64,000 nt of DNA from Eledone cirrhosa (Eukaryota). Below, one piece after another: positions 35,801-50,500 of this stretch (position 1 is its first letter; every line of letters begins with the position of its first letter). The notes beneath the pieces were generated by a model. That model was not told the origin of the DNA and did no database searches. It worked only from the letters and a program-made list of their open reading frames with translations. The position numbers were made by a program, and so were the translations under genes. The stretch spans positions 28,768,001-28,832,000 of the forward strand of contig OZ024762.1 of the NCBI GenBank assembly GCA_964016885.1, given 5' to 3'.

Positions 35801-37259
35801 ATAACATTGAAACTTATTTAATAAGTTTAAAATTTAAACACTTTTTATTCAGACATACCGCGATCTAACGAAAAATCCGCGATGTGGCGAGGATTACCCC
35901 GATAGGTAATTAGATACGTTCCAAAGAAATATCCGCGAAGTAACGGGACCGCGAAAAGTGAACCGCGATATAGCAGGGGATTACTGTATATATATATACA
36001 CACACAACATACATCTATCTATATACACTCATAACATATATTTCGATGTTTGACATTAAAATGTTGACTGAGGGTGACAACTGTTTCTTGTTTGAGGTTG
36101 TTCCAGTGGTTGAAATATAGACGGAGGTAATTAAATAATAAAGACAGTCATGATAACAATATATTTTATATCACATGTAACAGTGGAATCTGCTGATTGA
36201 AAAATAACACATCAACATTTTAGTTTGAAAGTTTTTTTTCTATATATAAAAATGGAAGAAGAAATATATTTTCCCAATGTTGTTATATATATTTTCACTT
36301 GTATATAATTACTGGATCATTGTAGGGTTCACATAATTATATTATTTACACACATTAATATAGACATTAAGTAAATCTTTGTCAACTTACCTCCTTCAGA
36401 TATAATCAATGTGTTGTGTTGTTAGGTTTTACTAAACAACTAAAGAAATAATCTCTTTGTTATCAAATTAGCAGTTTCAATGTTATCAGCTTTATTTCAC
36501 GACATTAACGTTGGTGTATCTTCTTCATCTTTAGTCATAAATTGATATCTTGTCAGAATGAAGTAGTGAGGCTGACTTTATGTCTTTAGCTACAGATTTG
36601 ATAGGAAATATATATATATTAGGTTGATATGTGGTCTAAAATATATATATTGTCTATAAATGACTGATAGATGTTCTGGTGAAATAGTAGTTTTACTACT
36701 ACAGATTGTAATGGAACTCTTAGTAGACACAATTCTAAAGTAAGAATAGATATGACAATGTAAGACTGATGTGGGGGAAAGAAAATTGTGTATATATATA
36801 TATATAATTGTTACACAAGAAATAATTAGATTAATTAAAGTTATAATGAAGACAGCATGTACTCGGTCTCGTTGGTAATGTTTCAACTCTTTTGCCGGTG
36901 TCATACGTTAAAAGTCCCTGATATAATTTAATACCTTCACACACAGTTACAATCGTATTTAATTTATTGTAAATCAGAAAGTATCACTCAGTAAAATATC
37001 AATTATATATCAATAAGAAAACCTCTACGTAGTCTCACTGACTGCTAGACATAGCAACGATATTATCCATTACAACTCATGCATACAAACCACAACCACA
37101 CACACGCCACTCACATACCAACACTCATTCATGCATACAATCACACACACCACTCACAAACACACACATATATATTACCGACAGTACGGATACAAATACA
37201 AAATCAAAATCAATATCATGTCAACTGTTGACCTTTCCCAGTCCAGTTCAGCTTGTATA

Positions 37260-37650
37260 TAATAATAATAATAATTGTTTGCTTTACGCTGGTAATGGCG
37301 GTGGTGGATGGTCAGTGATGGTGGTGGTAGTTGTTGGTGCTGTAGTTGTTATTGTAGTTGCTGCTGCTGTTGCTGTTGTTGTCGTTGTTGCTGTTGTCGC
37401 TGTTGTTGTTGTTCTTCTTCTTCTTCATTTCACTGCTGCTGTTGCTGCAGACAATGGTGTTGATGCTGTTATTGCTGTCGCATATATACAAATACATACA
37501 CACACATTCAACACAGACAATGGTGTTGTTGTCGTTGTTGTTGTTGGTGTTGCTGCTGTTGTTGTTGTAGTTGTTGCTGTGTTGAAATCTGGTTGCATCC
37601 ACTGAGATATACATATACACACACATATATATATGTATATACACATACAT
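37260..37650. repeat. Compound microsatellite (GTT/GCT/GGT, CA, TA)
   Basis: Visible trinucleotide and dinucleotide runs. Confidence 0.85.
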
Positions 37651-37746
37651 ACATCAAAAGAAAAGAGTCAGCAGTATGTCAACAGGGAACAGGTCAGCCA
37701 CCTTAGATAGAGTAATGAGTACTGTGGTGATGGTGGGGAGCGAGTG

Positions 37747-37919
37747 TATAATACATAGAAATTGAACAAAGACTGCGTTACACTGTCTTATGTAATCAGT
37801 AACGTAATCCATGATACATTAAAAAAGACGATATTATATATAAACTGCATTAGGAGAAAATTAGTGACGGAAATATATTAATGTTTATTTAAGCGATGGC
37901 TAACCGGAAGTGTTGACAT
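37747..37919 (-). promoter_or_regulatory. Putative promoter/first-exon region of ZNF-B with a single ETS-type motif ACCGGAAGTG (37903-37912)
   Basis: Homologous to 44359-44513. Both segments lie upstream of a minus-strand ZNF gene, and the motif matches the class I ETS consensus. Confidence 0.55.
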
Positions 37920-38416
37920 TTCAGAAATTTTAAAGAAGTGAATCTTTAAATAAACAAAATATATTTAATCAACAGCCACAAAATTTAGAAGATAAATTAT
38001 GCAATATTCATTCATTATTTATTCAAAGTAATGCAACTTATTTTACTTATGGGATGAACAATTATAAACCGTATTCAGTCCCGCCCTTCTTACTTTATTA
38101 TAGTTTAGATTTATTAAGTCAGGTGGATTAGCCAGAACAATTCTACTCCTCTTTTTTAGATGTCACGATCTTCTATGGCATTCCTGAGATCATTAATCTC
38201 CAGCTGGACATCCTGAGACATCTGATCTATGTAGGTCAATCTCAGTCATCCCACTAGGGTCTCACATGTTTAGGTATCCACAACAATAGCCAGCTCATCC
38301 TACCCTCAGTAGCAATGTCCAGTATATCTTCTCCTATGCTCCCGAGTTATTGTGGTAATCTGTGCTATATGTCAGTATATTTCTTCCCTTTGAGTAATGT
38401 ATTAAAAAATAAAAAT

Positions 38417-38420
<4 letters not shown>

Positions 38421-38499
<79 letters not shown>

Positions 38500-38500
38500 A
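38421..38500. repeat. (TA)n(CA)n microsatellite
   Basis: Direct inspection. Confidence 0.95.
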
Positions 38501-38627
38501 CATATACATTGAGATGTATAAGATTTCTCAAGCTTCACATTTTTTATTCTGCCTTCCAAATATATATTTGTCTATATATATGTGTCTATATATTTGTCTG
38601 TTTCATATTTCACAGTGATGGGGTTTA

Positions 38628-38813
<186 letters not shown>

Positions 38814-39386
38814 TTAGTGAGGTTCAAGATGACAACTACGAGAAAAAGATTTCCCACATATTTCACAATGGAAGGGTTTTTCACCAGTGTGTGTTCTTTT
38901 GTGACGTACAAGATGAGAACTATTAGAAAAAGATTTACCACATATTTCACAATGGAAGGATTTTTCACCAGTGTGTATTCTTTTGAGAGGTTCAAGTTGA
39001 GAACTCTGAGAAAAAGATTTCCCACATATTTCACAATGGAAGGATATTTCACCAGTGTGTGTTCTTTTGTGACATACAAGATGAGAACTATTAGAAAAAG
39101 ATTTACCACATATTTCACAATGGAAGGGTTTTTCACCAGTGTGTGTTCTTTTGTGACATACAAGATCAGAACTCTGAGAAAAAGATTTCCCACATATTTC
39201 ACAATGAAAGGGTTTTTCACAAGTATGTATTCTTTTGTGACGTACAAGATGAGAATTATCAGTAAAAGATTTCCCACATATTTCACAGTGGAAGGGTTTT
39301 TCTCTACTGTGTATTTTCTCGTGTGAGGATAGTTTCAGTTTTGAAGAGAAAGTTTTCCTGCAAATCTCACAGCTATAATCAGACAT
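38814..39386 (-). CDS. Tandem C2H2 zinc-finger protein of a different subfamily (ZNF-C), truncated in finger 7; possibly a pseudogene
   Basis: [20 protein letters not shown] repeats. Finger 5 lacks its first His. An in-frame TAA at 38814-38816 is followed by two more fingers to 38625. Acceptor at 39482; probable upstream exon ~39871-39959. Confidence 0.85.
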   Translation of the reverse strand: MSDYSCEICRKTFSSKLKLSSHEKIHSREKPFHCEICGKSFTDNSHLVRHKRIHTCEKPFHCEICGKSFSQSSDLVCHKRTHTGEKPFHCEICGKSFSNSSHLVCHKRTHTGEISFHCEICGKSFSQSSQLEPLKRIHTGEKSFHCEICGKSFSNSSHLVRHKRTHTGEKPFHCEICGKSFSRSCHLEPH

Positions 39387-39505
39387 ATTTCATAAAGGAA
39401 TCTCACCACTTCCACTCATATATTAAGAAATGTAGTATTCAGTTGGTAAAGTAATAAGATGTATGAAAGCGTAAGACTGATCTTGGAAGAAGAAAAAGCA
39501 AGTGC

Positions 39506-39549
<44 letters not shown>

Positions 39550-40455
39550 ATATATATTTTTTATTTTTGTTAAGATGAGAGAAGCTCTATTCACAATAGC
39601 ATCCTCAGCTCATAAAACAGACGAATCAGACTTCTATAGTTAAGGTTCTTGTTATTGAGGACAGTTCAGGTGACAAAAGAATTAATAATTTCAAAAGATG
39701 AAGGTTAATATATATACATATATATACAAATATACAGTGTGTAAGTATACGAGAGAGAAATAGACGTGTGTGTGTAGAAATATAGGTGTTGTAATAAATC
39801 AAGATATTTCACTTCAGATAGAAAAGTTCACAATGTTTGTGTTGTGATGGAAAACGAAATAATACGTACTTTAGTTCTCAAGACCAAATATAAAGTGAAG
39901 AAAAGTTAGTAAAAACTAAATGTTCACTGATTTCTGATTAAAATAATATTTTCCTGTCCTGTAAAATGTTGAACAACCACTTCAATCTTGAATGGATGAA
40001 AGGCAAAGTTGACCTCAGCAGGATTTAAAATCAGAGAGCAGAGAACCAGAACAAATATGGCAGAAAGCATTCCATCCATTGTTTTATAGACTTTAAATAA
40101 ATGTTTCTACTTTTAACTCAAGGCCAGTAATTGTAGGGGAAGGAGAAAGTTGATTAAATCAACCCCAGTGGATTACTGGTACTTTATTTTACTGAACCAG
40201 TGAGGAAGAAAAGTAAAGCTAACCTCAGGATTTTAACACAGAGTGTAAAGTGATGTAACTATATAACACATCGTCTGACACTCTACTGATTCTGCCAATC
40301 TACCACCCTCAACAATGAAATGAGAATGTGTCTCTATAAGAAACCTTAATGACAAATAATATGAAGGGGTACTTTCTACAGGGTGTATTTGTTAATTACA
40401 ATACAAAACCACTGAGAATGATTTCAAACATATTTCACCATAATAAATGTTCATC

Positions 40456-43400
40456 AATCATCATCATCATCATCATCATCAACGTTTAACGTCCGTGTTC
40501 CACGCTTGCATAGGTTTGGACGGGGGTTTTCCCACTTGAGGCAAGAGTGATTGTCTTGCTCGCATAGGACTGTCTGGCGGGTTTTCTACAGCTGGATGCC
40601 CTTCCTAACACCAACCACATTTACAGTGTGGGGCTGGGAGGTTTTTACCGTGTTGCCTACACGGCCACATTACAGCGTGGACTGTCTGGCGGGTTTTCTA
40701 CAGCTGGATGCCCTTCCTAACACCAACCACATTTACAGTGTGGGGCTGGGAGGTTTTTACCGTGTTGCCTACACGGCCACATTACAGCGTGGACTGTGTG
40801 TTTTTTGTCGTGACACCTACACGATCTCATTTGTTTCGGCCTGGATGTTGTGGCACCAACATAACTTTACATTGAAAGGGGCAGTGTGGATGGGGTGGGG
40901 TGGTGGGATGGGGGTGTGTTTTGTTAGAGATGCCTACTGACTGTTGTAGGTTTTACTTTGTATTTAGGTAAGGCGGGTCTTCTCTATTACTGAGTACCGC
41001 CAAAGGTCTCGGTCCAGTGACATTGTCTTGGAGAGGTGTAAGCGTGTGAGGTCGGAATTTATCATGTCGTCCCAGGTTTTTCTGGGTCTGCCTACTCCGT
41101 GGCTACCGTCTATCTTTATTGCCCTGCACTTTGTTATACAGCTGTCGTCTTTCATGCGCATCACGTAGCCTTCTCTCGAGTAAACAACATCTGATCCCTC
41201 TTATTTCTAATTTTTTCCTTAGTTCGTTTATGCTTAGCCGTTCACGTATATTACTATTACACATCCAGCGGAGCATGCAAGCTTCGTTCCTCTCTAGTCT
41301 GCGTATATCCTCTGCACACAATGCCCAGGTCTCACTGCAATGCAGCATTGCTGTTCGTATGCAGGCATCATATAACCTGCCTTTCATTTTTAAGGAGAAC
41401 CCTTTAGCGGCTAATAGTGGTATAAGCTCTCTGAACTTTTTCCATCCAGTTCTGACTCTAGCTACTGTACTTTCAGAGCACCCTCCCCAACTGCTGATTT
41501 TGTCACCCAGGTAACGGAAGCTGTCCACTATTTCTATGGAACCCTCTGCGCAATTGAAAGAGCTAGTATTTTGTGGGCACTTGCTGCTACTTATTGCACC
41601 AGAGCACTGGCCACATGTAAAATCTATGTTCTTAGTTAGCTTACCTGTGATCCCACTATATCTTTTATGCACCCATACTTTGCATTTGGGACATAAAATG
41701 GAGTTTCTACTTACGCCTTTCCTACACACTGAGCATGGCCATTTCCCGGAAGGGACCACCGCCTTATTTTCTTTCCTACAAACTAGAACTTTAGTCTTAG
41801 CCAGGTTAATTTTAAGGCCTTTTGATTCTAGGCCGTGCTTCCATGTTTGGAATTTCTTCTCTAGCTCGGTCATTGATTCAGCTATGAGCGTTAGATCATC
41901 TGCATATAGGAGTTCCCATGGGCAGCCGGTCTTGAACTCCTCTGTTATAGCCTGAAGGGCAATAATAAATAGTAGGGGGTTAAGAACAGAGCCCTGATGG
42001 ACACCAACTTTTACGCTAAACTCTTCACTATATTCGTTGTTAATTCTAACCTTGCTCACTATTTATTTATACATGGCTTGTATAGCTCTCACAAGCCATT
42101 CGTCAACACCTAGTTTTCTAAGAGCCCGCCAGATAATGGAACAGGGGACTCTCTCGAAGGATTTCTCCAAGTCAACAAAAGCTAAGTATAGGGGTTTACT
42201 TTTAGCTAGGTACTTATCCTGTAGTTGTCGTACAATGAAAAGAGCGTCTGTGGTACTTTTGCCTGACACAAACCCGAACTGCATTTCATCTAGATCAATT
42301 CTCTCTCTGATTAGTTGCGCTATTACTTTTTCCGTGACCTTCATGACCTGGTAGATTAATTTAATGCCTCTATAGTTACACCTATCTAGGGCATCTCCTT
42401 TACCCTTGTAACAGTTAATGATGATGCTGCTATGCCAGTCCTTCGGAACAACCCCATTCTGTATGACTTGGTTTACTATCCGGGTGACCATGGTGTGTCC
42501 CACCGTTCCAGAGGCTTTCAGCATCTCAGCAACTATTTCCGAAGGCCCAGCCGCCTTACCCGTCTTCATATCTTTGATTGCCTTACTTATTATACTACCT
42601 TCGACTAACACTGCTGGTCCCTCTATTGGGTCGATGTAGGGGAGACTGTTGTTCTCCTCATTTAGAAGCCTTTCGTAGTGACACTTCCAAGCTACCTTCT
42701 TATCAGCGTCGGTGATGGCAAGTATGCCATCATCATTAAGTACACACTTCTCCCCGACAATATCACAGTTTTCCTTGACACATTGCCTAGCAATCCTGAA
42801 CACCTCACGTTTTTGGTCCTCACGTTGTAGAACATGCTTGAACTTTCTTTCCTCTGCTTCCCTTCTTGCGAAGTACTCTTGTCTCCTAGCTTCCCTCCTG
42901 GCCACTTGATAGTCTTCTCTACTTCCCACATCCTGCCATACTTTCCAAGCCTGCTTTTTGGCCTTAATTGACTCCTCCACCTTACTGTTCCACCACCATG
43001 TTACTCTCCTCCTACCCACAGGCCTGCTCCAGCCACAGACTTCGTCTGCCGCCGTCAGCAGGTTTGCTTTCAGGAATTCCCACTGTTCCTCTATATTATA
43101 CGTCTCTAATTGCTCTTCCTTACTGTCGAAAGCATCAAGTAATATGCTTTGAAATTTATTTCTGGCTATGGGGTCCTTTAGCTTCCATATTTTTCTCCTG
43201 GAGATAGTCCTCTTCTGCTGTCTAGTACGTCTCGTCCTGACTATGAGGTCGCTAATTATCAGTCTATGTTGGGAGGTGCATTCTTCATGGAGGAGGGATT
43301 TAGTGTTAACAACAGACACTCTGTCACGTCTTCTGGTAAGGATATAATCTACCTGGCTTGTGTGTTCCCCCGATCTATAGGTGATCAAGTGATTGTCTCG

Positions 43401-44085
43401 TTTTTTGAAGTTAGTGTTACAGATAGTTAGGTTATTTGCGTCACAGAATTCCAGGATTCTGGAGCCTACCTCATTTCTAGTACCGAACCCATAGCCTCCA
43501 TGGATTCCGTCATAGCCGTCACAATGTTGTCCAACGTGACCATTTAGGTCGCCAGCAATAATTATATAGTCACTGTCGGTTATTTGGGAGGTAGCGAGCA
43601 TCAGTGTCTCATAGAATCTGTCTTTTATAGCGCCGGGCAGTCCGGATTGGGGTGCGTACGCAGATATTATTGTCACAGTAGTTCTATTGAGGACAAGTCT
43701 TATTTTAATTATTCTGTCGTTCACTCTATTTACGTCTATTATCTTATCTGCCCACTTTTCTGCTACCATGATTCCTACTCCACCCAGCCCATTGTCATTT
43801 CCCACCCAGAAGAGCTTATAGCATCGTTCTTTACCCACGATGAATCTAGCAGACCCTCCCCTCCACCTGGTCTCTTGAATACAACAAACATCGACCTCCT
43901 TACGTTCAAGCATTTCTATAACCTCGTTAGAGCGACCCTTTAAGGTGCCTACATTCATGGTACCAACTCTGAAGTTTTGGATTGCGTTTGGAGGGTGGGA
44001 GCGGTTGGGCGCGGGGGGGGGGGGATGGGGTTATGTTAGCCATCCGCGCCCGAAACAAGGAGGAGTGCTTGCATTCTCGTCCACG
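40456..44085 (-). mobile_element. Near full-length RTE LINE (APE endonuclease + RT), inactivated
   Basis: ORFs 42063-43958, 41103-42059 and 40964-41164 join via one in-frame TAA and a 14-bp deletion. NVGTL, IQETRW, SAYAPQ, GDLNGH and VDYI endonuclease motifs. (GAT)n tail. Same family as 6568-8834. Confidence 0.95.
40567..40790. repeat. 112-bp tandem duplication in the RTE 3'UTR
   Basis: ggactgtctggcggg...cattacagcgt twice; single in the copy at 6568-8834. Confidence 0.9.
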
Positions 44086-44358
44086 AGATATATATTAATA
44101 TTATTATTATTTTAGCAGTATCGGTAGAGGGTCGGACGCCATGCTGAGTTCAAATCCCGCCGAGGTTAACTTTGCCATTCATCCTTACGGGGTCGATAAA
44201 ATAAAGTACCAGTAATACACTGGATAATTGCTGGCCTTCTGCCAAAAGTAGAAACAATTATTATTTTCTGCTAGCATGTCTAGTGTGCATATTGATATTA
44301 TATGCAGGTATATATACATGTAGATATGATACATCAAATAAAATCGTAATTGACAATA

Positions 44359-44513
44359 TATAATACATAGAAATTGAACGAAGACTGTTACACTGTCTTA
44401 TGTAATCAGTAACATAATCCATGATAAATTAAAAAAGACGATTATATATAATAACTGCATTTGGAGAAAATTAGTATGTTTATTTAAGTGATCGCCACCG
44501 GAAGTGTTGAGAT
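44359..44513 (-). promoter_or_regulatory. Putative promoter/first-exon region of ZNF-C, abutting the satellite
   Basis: Paralogous to 37747-37919; ACCGGAAGTG at 44497-44506. Confidence 0.55.
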
Positions 44514-47500
44514 CACACTCTCTCTTTCTATATATATGGTAGTGGAAGTGGTAGCAATGATATACCAAAAGTATTGACATCACATTCTCTCTTTCTATAT
44601 ATATGGTAGTTGAAGTGGTGGTGGTGGTGGTGGCAATGATATACCGGAAGTGTTGACATCACACTCTCTCTTTCTATATATATGGTAGTTGAAGCGGTGG
44701 TGGTGGTGGCAACGATATACCGGAAGTGTTGACATCACACTCTCTCTTTCTATATATATGGTAGTAGAAGTGGTGGTGGTGGTGGTGGCAACGATATACC
44801 AGAAGTTTTGACATCACAAACACTCTCTTTCTATATATATGGTAGCAGAAGTGGTGGTGGTGTTGGTGGCAATGATATACCGGAAGTGTTGACATCACAC
44901 ACTCTCTTTCTATATATATGGTAGTTGAAGTGATGGTGGTGGTGGCAATGATATACCGGAAGTGTTGACATCACATTCTCTCTTTCTATATATATGGTAG
45001 TAGAAGTGGTGGTGGTGGTGCTGGTGGCAATGATATACCGTGAGTGTTGACATCACACTCTCTCTTTCTATATATATGGTAGTTGAAGTGGTGGTGGTGG
45101 TGGGGGCAATGATATACTGGAAGTGTTGACGTCACACTCTCTCTTTCTATATATATGGTAGTTGAAGTGGTGGTGGTGGTGGTGGCAATGATATACCGGA
45201 GGTGTTGACATCCCACTTTCTCCTTCAAAATAGTAGTTGAAGTGGTGGTGGTGGTGGCAATGATATACGGGGAGTGTTGACATCACACTCTCTCTTTCTA
45301 TATATATGGTAGTAGAAGTGGTGGTGGTGGTGGTGCGGGAAATGATATACCGGGAGTGTTGACATCACACTCTCTCTTTCTATATATATGGAAGTTGAAG
45401 TGATGGTGGTGGTGGCAATGATATACCGGAGGTGTTGACATCACACTCTCTCTTTCTATATATATGGTAGTAGAAGTGGTGGTGGTGGAGGTGGTGGAAA
45501 TGATATACCGGAAGTGTTGACATCGCATTCTCTCTTTCTATATATATGGTAGTAGAAGTGGTGGTGGTGGTGGTGGCAATGATATACCGGAGGTGTTGAC
45601 ATCACACTCTCTCTTTCTATATATATGGTAGTAGAAGTGGTGGTGGTGGTGCTGGTGGCAATGATATACCGTGAGTGTTGACATCACACTCTCTCTTTCT
45701 ATATATATGGTAGTTGAAGTGGTGGTGGTGGTGCTGGTGGCAATGATATACCGTGAGTGTTGACATCACACTCTCTCTTTCTATATATATGGTAGTTGAA
45801 GAGGTGGTGGTGGTGGCAATGATATACCGTGAGTGTTGACATCACACTCTCTCTTTCTATATATATGGTAGTTGTAGTGGTGGTGGTGCTGGCAATGATA
45901 TACCGGAAGTGTTGACATCACACTCTCTCTTTCTATATATATGGTAGTAGAAGTGGTGGTGGTGGTGGCAATGATATACCGGAAGTGTCGACATCACACT
46001 CTCTCTTTCTATATATATGGTAGTGGAAGTGGTGGTGGTGGTGGTGGTGGTGGTGGTGGCAATGATATACCGAAAGTGTTGACATCACACTCTCTCTTTC
46101 TATATATATGGTAGTTGAAGCGGTGGTGGTGGTGGCAACGATATACCGGAAGTGTTGACATCACACTCTCTCTTTCTATATATATGGTAGCAGAAGTGGT
46201 GGTGGTGTTGGTGGCAATGATATACCGGAAGTGTTGACATCACACACTCTCTTTCTATATATATGGTAGTTGAAGTGGTGGTGGTGGTGGTGGCAATGAT
46301 ATACCGGAGGTGTTGACATCACACTCTCTCTTTCTATATATATGGTAGTAGAAGTGGTGGTGGTGGTGGCAATGATATACCGGGAACGTTGACATCACAC
46401 TCTCTCTTTCTATATATATGGTAGTAGAAGTGGTGGTGGTGGTGGCAATGATATACCGTGAGTGTTGACATCACACTCTCTCTTTCTATATATATGGTAG
46501 TTGAAGTGGTGGTGGTGGTGGCAATGATATACCGTGAGTGTTGACATCACACTCTCTCTTTCTATATATATGGTAGTAGAAGTGGTGGTGGTGGTGGCAA
46601 TGATATACCGGAAGTGTCGACATCACACTCTCTCTTTCTATATATATGGTAGTGGAAGTGGTGGTGGTGGTGGTGGTGGTGGTGGTGGCAATGATATACC
46701 GAAAGTGTTGACATCACACTCTCTCTTTCTATATATATGGTAGTAGAAGCGGTGGTGGTGGTGGTGGGGGAAATGATATACCGGAAGTGTTGACATCACA
46801 CTCTCTCTTTCTATATATATGGTAGTAGAAGCGGTGGTGGTGGTGGTGGGGGAAATGATATACCGAGAGTGTTGACATCACTCTCTCTCTTTCTATATAT
46901 ATGGTAGTTGAAGTGGTGGTGGCGGTGGCAATGATATACCGGAAGTGGTGGTGGTGGGGGAAATGATATACCGGGAGTGTTGACATCACACTCTCTCTTT
47001 CTATATATATGGTAGTTGAAGTGGTGGTGGTGGTGGTGGCAATGATATACCGGAAGTGTATACACCACACTCTCTCTTTCTATATATATGGTAGTTGAAG
47101 TGGTGGTGGCGGTGGGAATGATATACCGGAAGTGGTGGTGGTGGGGGAAATGATATACCGGGAGTGTTGACATCACACTCTCTCTTTCTATATATATGGT
47201 AGTTGAAGTGGTGGTGGTGGTGGTGGTGGTGGTGGTGGTGGTGGTAATGATATACCGAAAGTGTTGCCATCACACTCTCTCTTTCTATATACATGGTAGT
47301 TGAAGTGGTGGTGGTGGTGGTGGTGGTGCCAATGATATACCGGAGGTGTTGACATCACACTCTCTCTTTCTATATATATGGTAGTTGAAGTGGTGGTGGT
47401 GGTGGCAATGATATACCGGGAGTGTTGACATCACACTCTCTCTTTCTATATATATGGTAGTTGAAGTGGTGGTGGTGTTGGTGGGGGAAATGATATACCG

Positions 47501-50500
47501 GGAGTGTTGACATCACACTCTCTCTTTCTATATATATGGTAGTAGAAGTGGTGTTGGTGGTGGTGGTGGCAATGATATACCGGAGGTGTTGACATCACAC
47601 TCTCTCTTTCTATATATATGGTAGTAGAAGTGGTGGTGGTGGTGGTGGCAATGATATACCGGAGGCGTTGACATCACACTCTCTCTTTCTATATATATGG
47701 TAGTTGAAGTGGTGGTGGTGGTGGCAATGATATACCGGAAGTGTTGACATCACACTCTCTCTTTCTATATATATGGTAGTTGAAGTGGTGGTGGTGGTTG
47801 CAATGATATACCGGAAGTGTTGACATCACACTCTCTCTTTCTATATATATGGTAGTTGAAGTGGTGGTGGTGGTGGCAATGATATACTGGAGGTGTTGAC
47901 ATCACACTCTCTCTTTCTATATATATGGTAGTAGAAGTGGTGGTGGTGGTTGTGGTGGTGGTGGTGGCAATGATATACCGGAGGTGTTGACATCACACTC
48001 TCTCTTTCTATATACATGGTAGTTGAAGTGGTGGTGGTGGGGGAAATGATATACCGGGAGTTTTGACATCACACTCTCTCTTTCTATATATATGGTAGTT
48101 GAAGTGGTGGTGGTGGTGGAGGCAATGATATACCGGAAGTGTATACACCACACTCTCTCTTTCTATATATATGGTAGTTGAAGTGGTGGTGGTGGTGGGG
48201 GTGGTGGCAATGATATACCGGAAATGTTGACATCACACTCTCTCTTTCTATATACATGGTAGTTGAAGTGGTGGTGGTGGTGGTGGTGGTGGTGGCAATG
48301 ATATACCGAAAGTGTTGCCATCGCACTCTCTCTTTCTATATACATGGTAGTTGAAGTGGTGGTGGTAGTGGCAATGATATACCGGGAGTGTTGACATCAC
48401 ACTCTCTCTTTCTATATATATGGTAGTGGAAGTGGTGGTGGTGGTGTGGGAAATGATATACCGGGAGTGTTGACATCACACTCTCTCTTTCTATATATAT
48501 GGTAGTGGAAGTGGTGGTGGTGGTGGCAATGATATACCGGAGGTGTTGACATCACACTCTCTCTTTCTATATATATGGTAGTTGAAGTGGTGGTGGTGGT
48601 GGCAATGATATACCGGAAGTGTTGACATCACACTCTCTCTTTCTATGTATATGGTAGTTGAAGTGGTGGTGGTGGCAATGATATACCGGAAGTGTTGACA
48701 TCACACACTCTCTTTCTATATATATGGTAGTTAAAGTGGTGGTGGTGGTGGTGGTGGCAATGATATACCGGAAGTGTTGACATCACACTCTCTCTTTCTA
48801 TATATATGGAGGTTGAAGTGGTGGTGGTGGTGGTGGTGGTGGTGGTGGCAATGATATACCGGAAGTGTTGACATCACACTCTCTCTCTTTCTATATATAT
48901 CGTAGTGGAAGTGGTGGTGGTGGTGGTGGTGGTGTTGGCAATGATATACCGTGAGTGTTGAAATCACACTCTCTCTTTCTATATATATGGTAGTAGAAGT
49001 GGTGGTGGTGGTTGTGGTGGTGGTGGTGGCAATGATATACCGGAGGTGTTGACATCACACTCTCTCTTTCTATATATATGGTAGTAGAAGTGGTGGTGGT
49101 GGTGGTGGGGGAAATGATATACCGGGAGTGTTGACATCACACTCTCTCTTTCTATATATATATGGTAGTAAAAGTGGTGGTGGTGGTGGTGGCAATGATA
49201 TACCGGAGGCGTTGACATCACACTCTCTCTTTCTATATATATGGTAGTAGAAGTGGTGGTGGTGGTGGCAATGATATACCGGAAGTGTTGATATCACACT
49301 CTCTCTTTCTATATATATGGTAGTAGAAGTGGTGGTGGTGATGGTGGTGGCAATGATATACCGGAGGTGTTGACATCACACTCTCTCTTTCTATATATAT
49401 ATGGTAGTAGAAGTGGTGATGGTGGTGGTGGCAATGATATACCGGAGGCGTTGACATCACACTCTCTCTTTCTATATATATGGTAGTTGAAGTGGTGGTG
49501 GTGGTGGCAATGATATACCGGAAGTGTTGACATCACACTCTCTCTTTCTATATATATGGTAGTAGAAGTGGTGGTGGTGGTGGTGGCAATGATATACCGG
49601 AAGTGTTGACATCACACTCTCTCTTTCTATATATATGGTAGTAGAAGTGGTGGTGGTGGTGGTGGCAATGATATACCGGAAGTGTTGACATCACACTCTC
49701 TCTTTCTATATATATGGTAGTTGAAGTGGTGGTGGTGGTGGTGGTGGTGGTGGTGGCAATGATATACCGGAAGTGTTGACATCACACTCTCTCTCTTTCT
49801 ATATATATCGTAGTGGAAGTGGTGGTGGTGGTGGTGGTGGTGGTGGCAATGATATACCGGAAGTGTTGACATCACACTCTCTCTTTCTATATATATGGTA
49901 GTTGAAGTGGTGGTGGTGGTTGCAATGATATACCGGAAGTGTATACACCACACTCTCTCTTTCTATATATATGGTAGTTGAAGTGGTGGTGGCGGTGGCA
50001 ATGATATACCGGAAGTGGTGGTGGTGGGGAAAATGATATACCGGGAGTGTTGACACCACACTCTCTCTTTCTATATATATGGTAGTTGAAGTGGTGGTGG
50101 TGGTTGCAATGATATACCGGAAGTGTATACACCACACTCTCTCTTTCTATATATATGGTAGTTGAAGTGGTGGTGGCGGTGGTAATGATATACCGGAGTG
50201 GTGGTGGTGGGGGAAATGATATACCGGGAGTGTTGACATCACACTCTCTCTTTCTATATATATGGTAGTAGAAGTGGTGGTGGTGGTGGTGGCAATGATA
50301 TACCGGAAGTGTTGACATCACACTCTCTCTTTCTATATATATGGAAGTTGAAGTGATGGTGGTGGTGGCAATGATATACCGGAGGTGTTGACATCACACT
50401 CTCTCTTTCTATATATATGGTAGTAGAAGTGGTGGTGGTGGTGGTGGTGGAAATGATATACTGGAAGTGTTGACATCACATTCTCTCTTTCTATATATAT

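Larger units (their letters stand above)
24509..37054. repeat. Segmental duplication copy B
   Basis: Colinear with 1-15071. Confidence 0.95.

Noticed and set aside
37228-37650. Val/Ala-rich membrane-like and poly-Asn ORFs
   Set aside because: Microsatellite translations.
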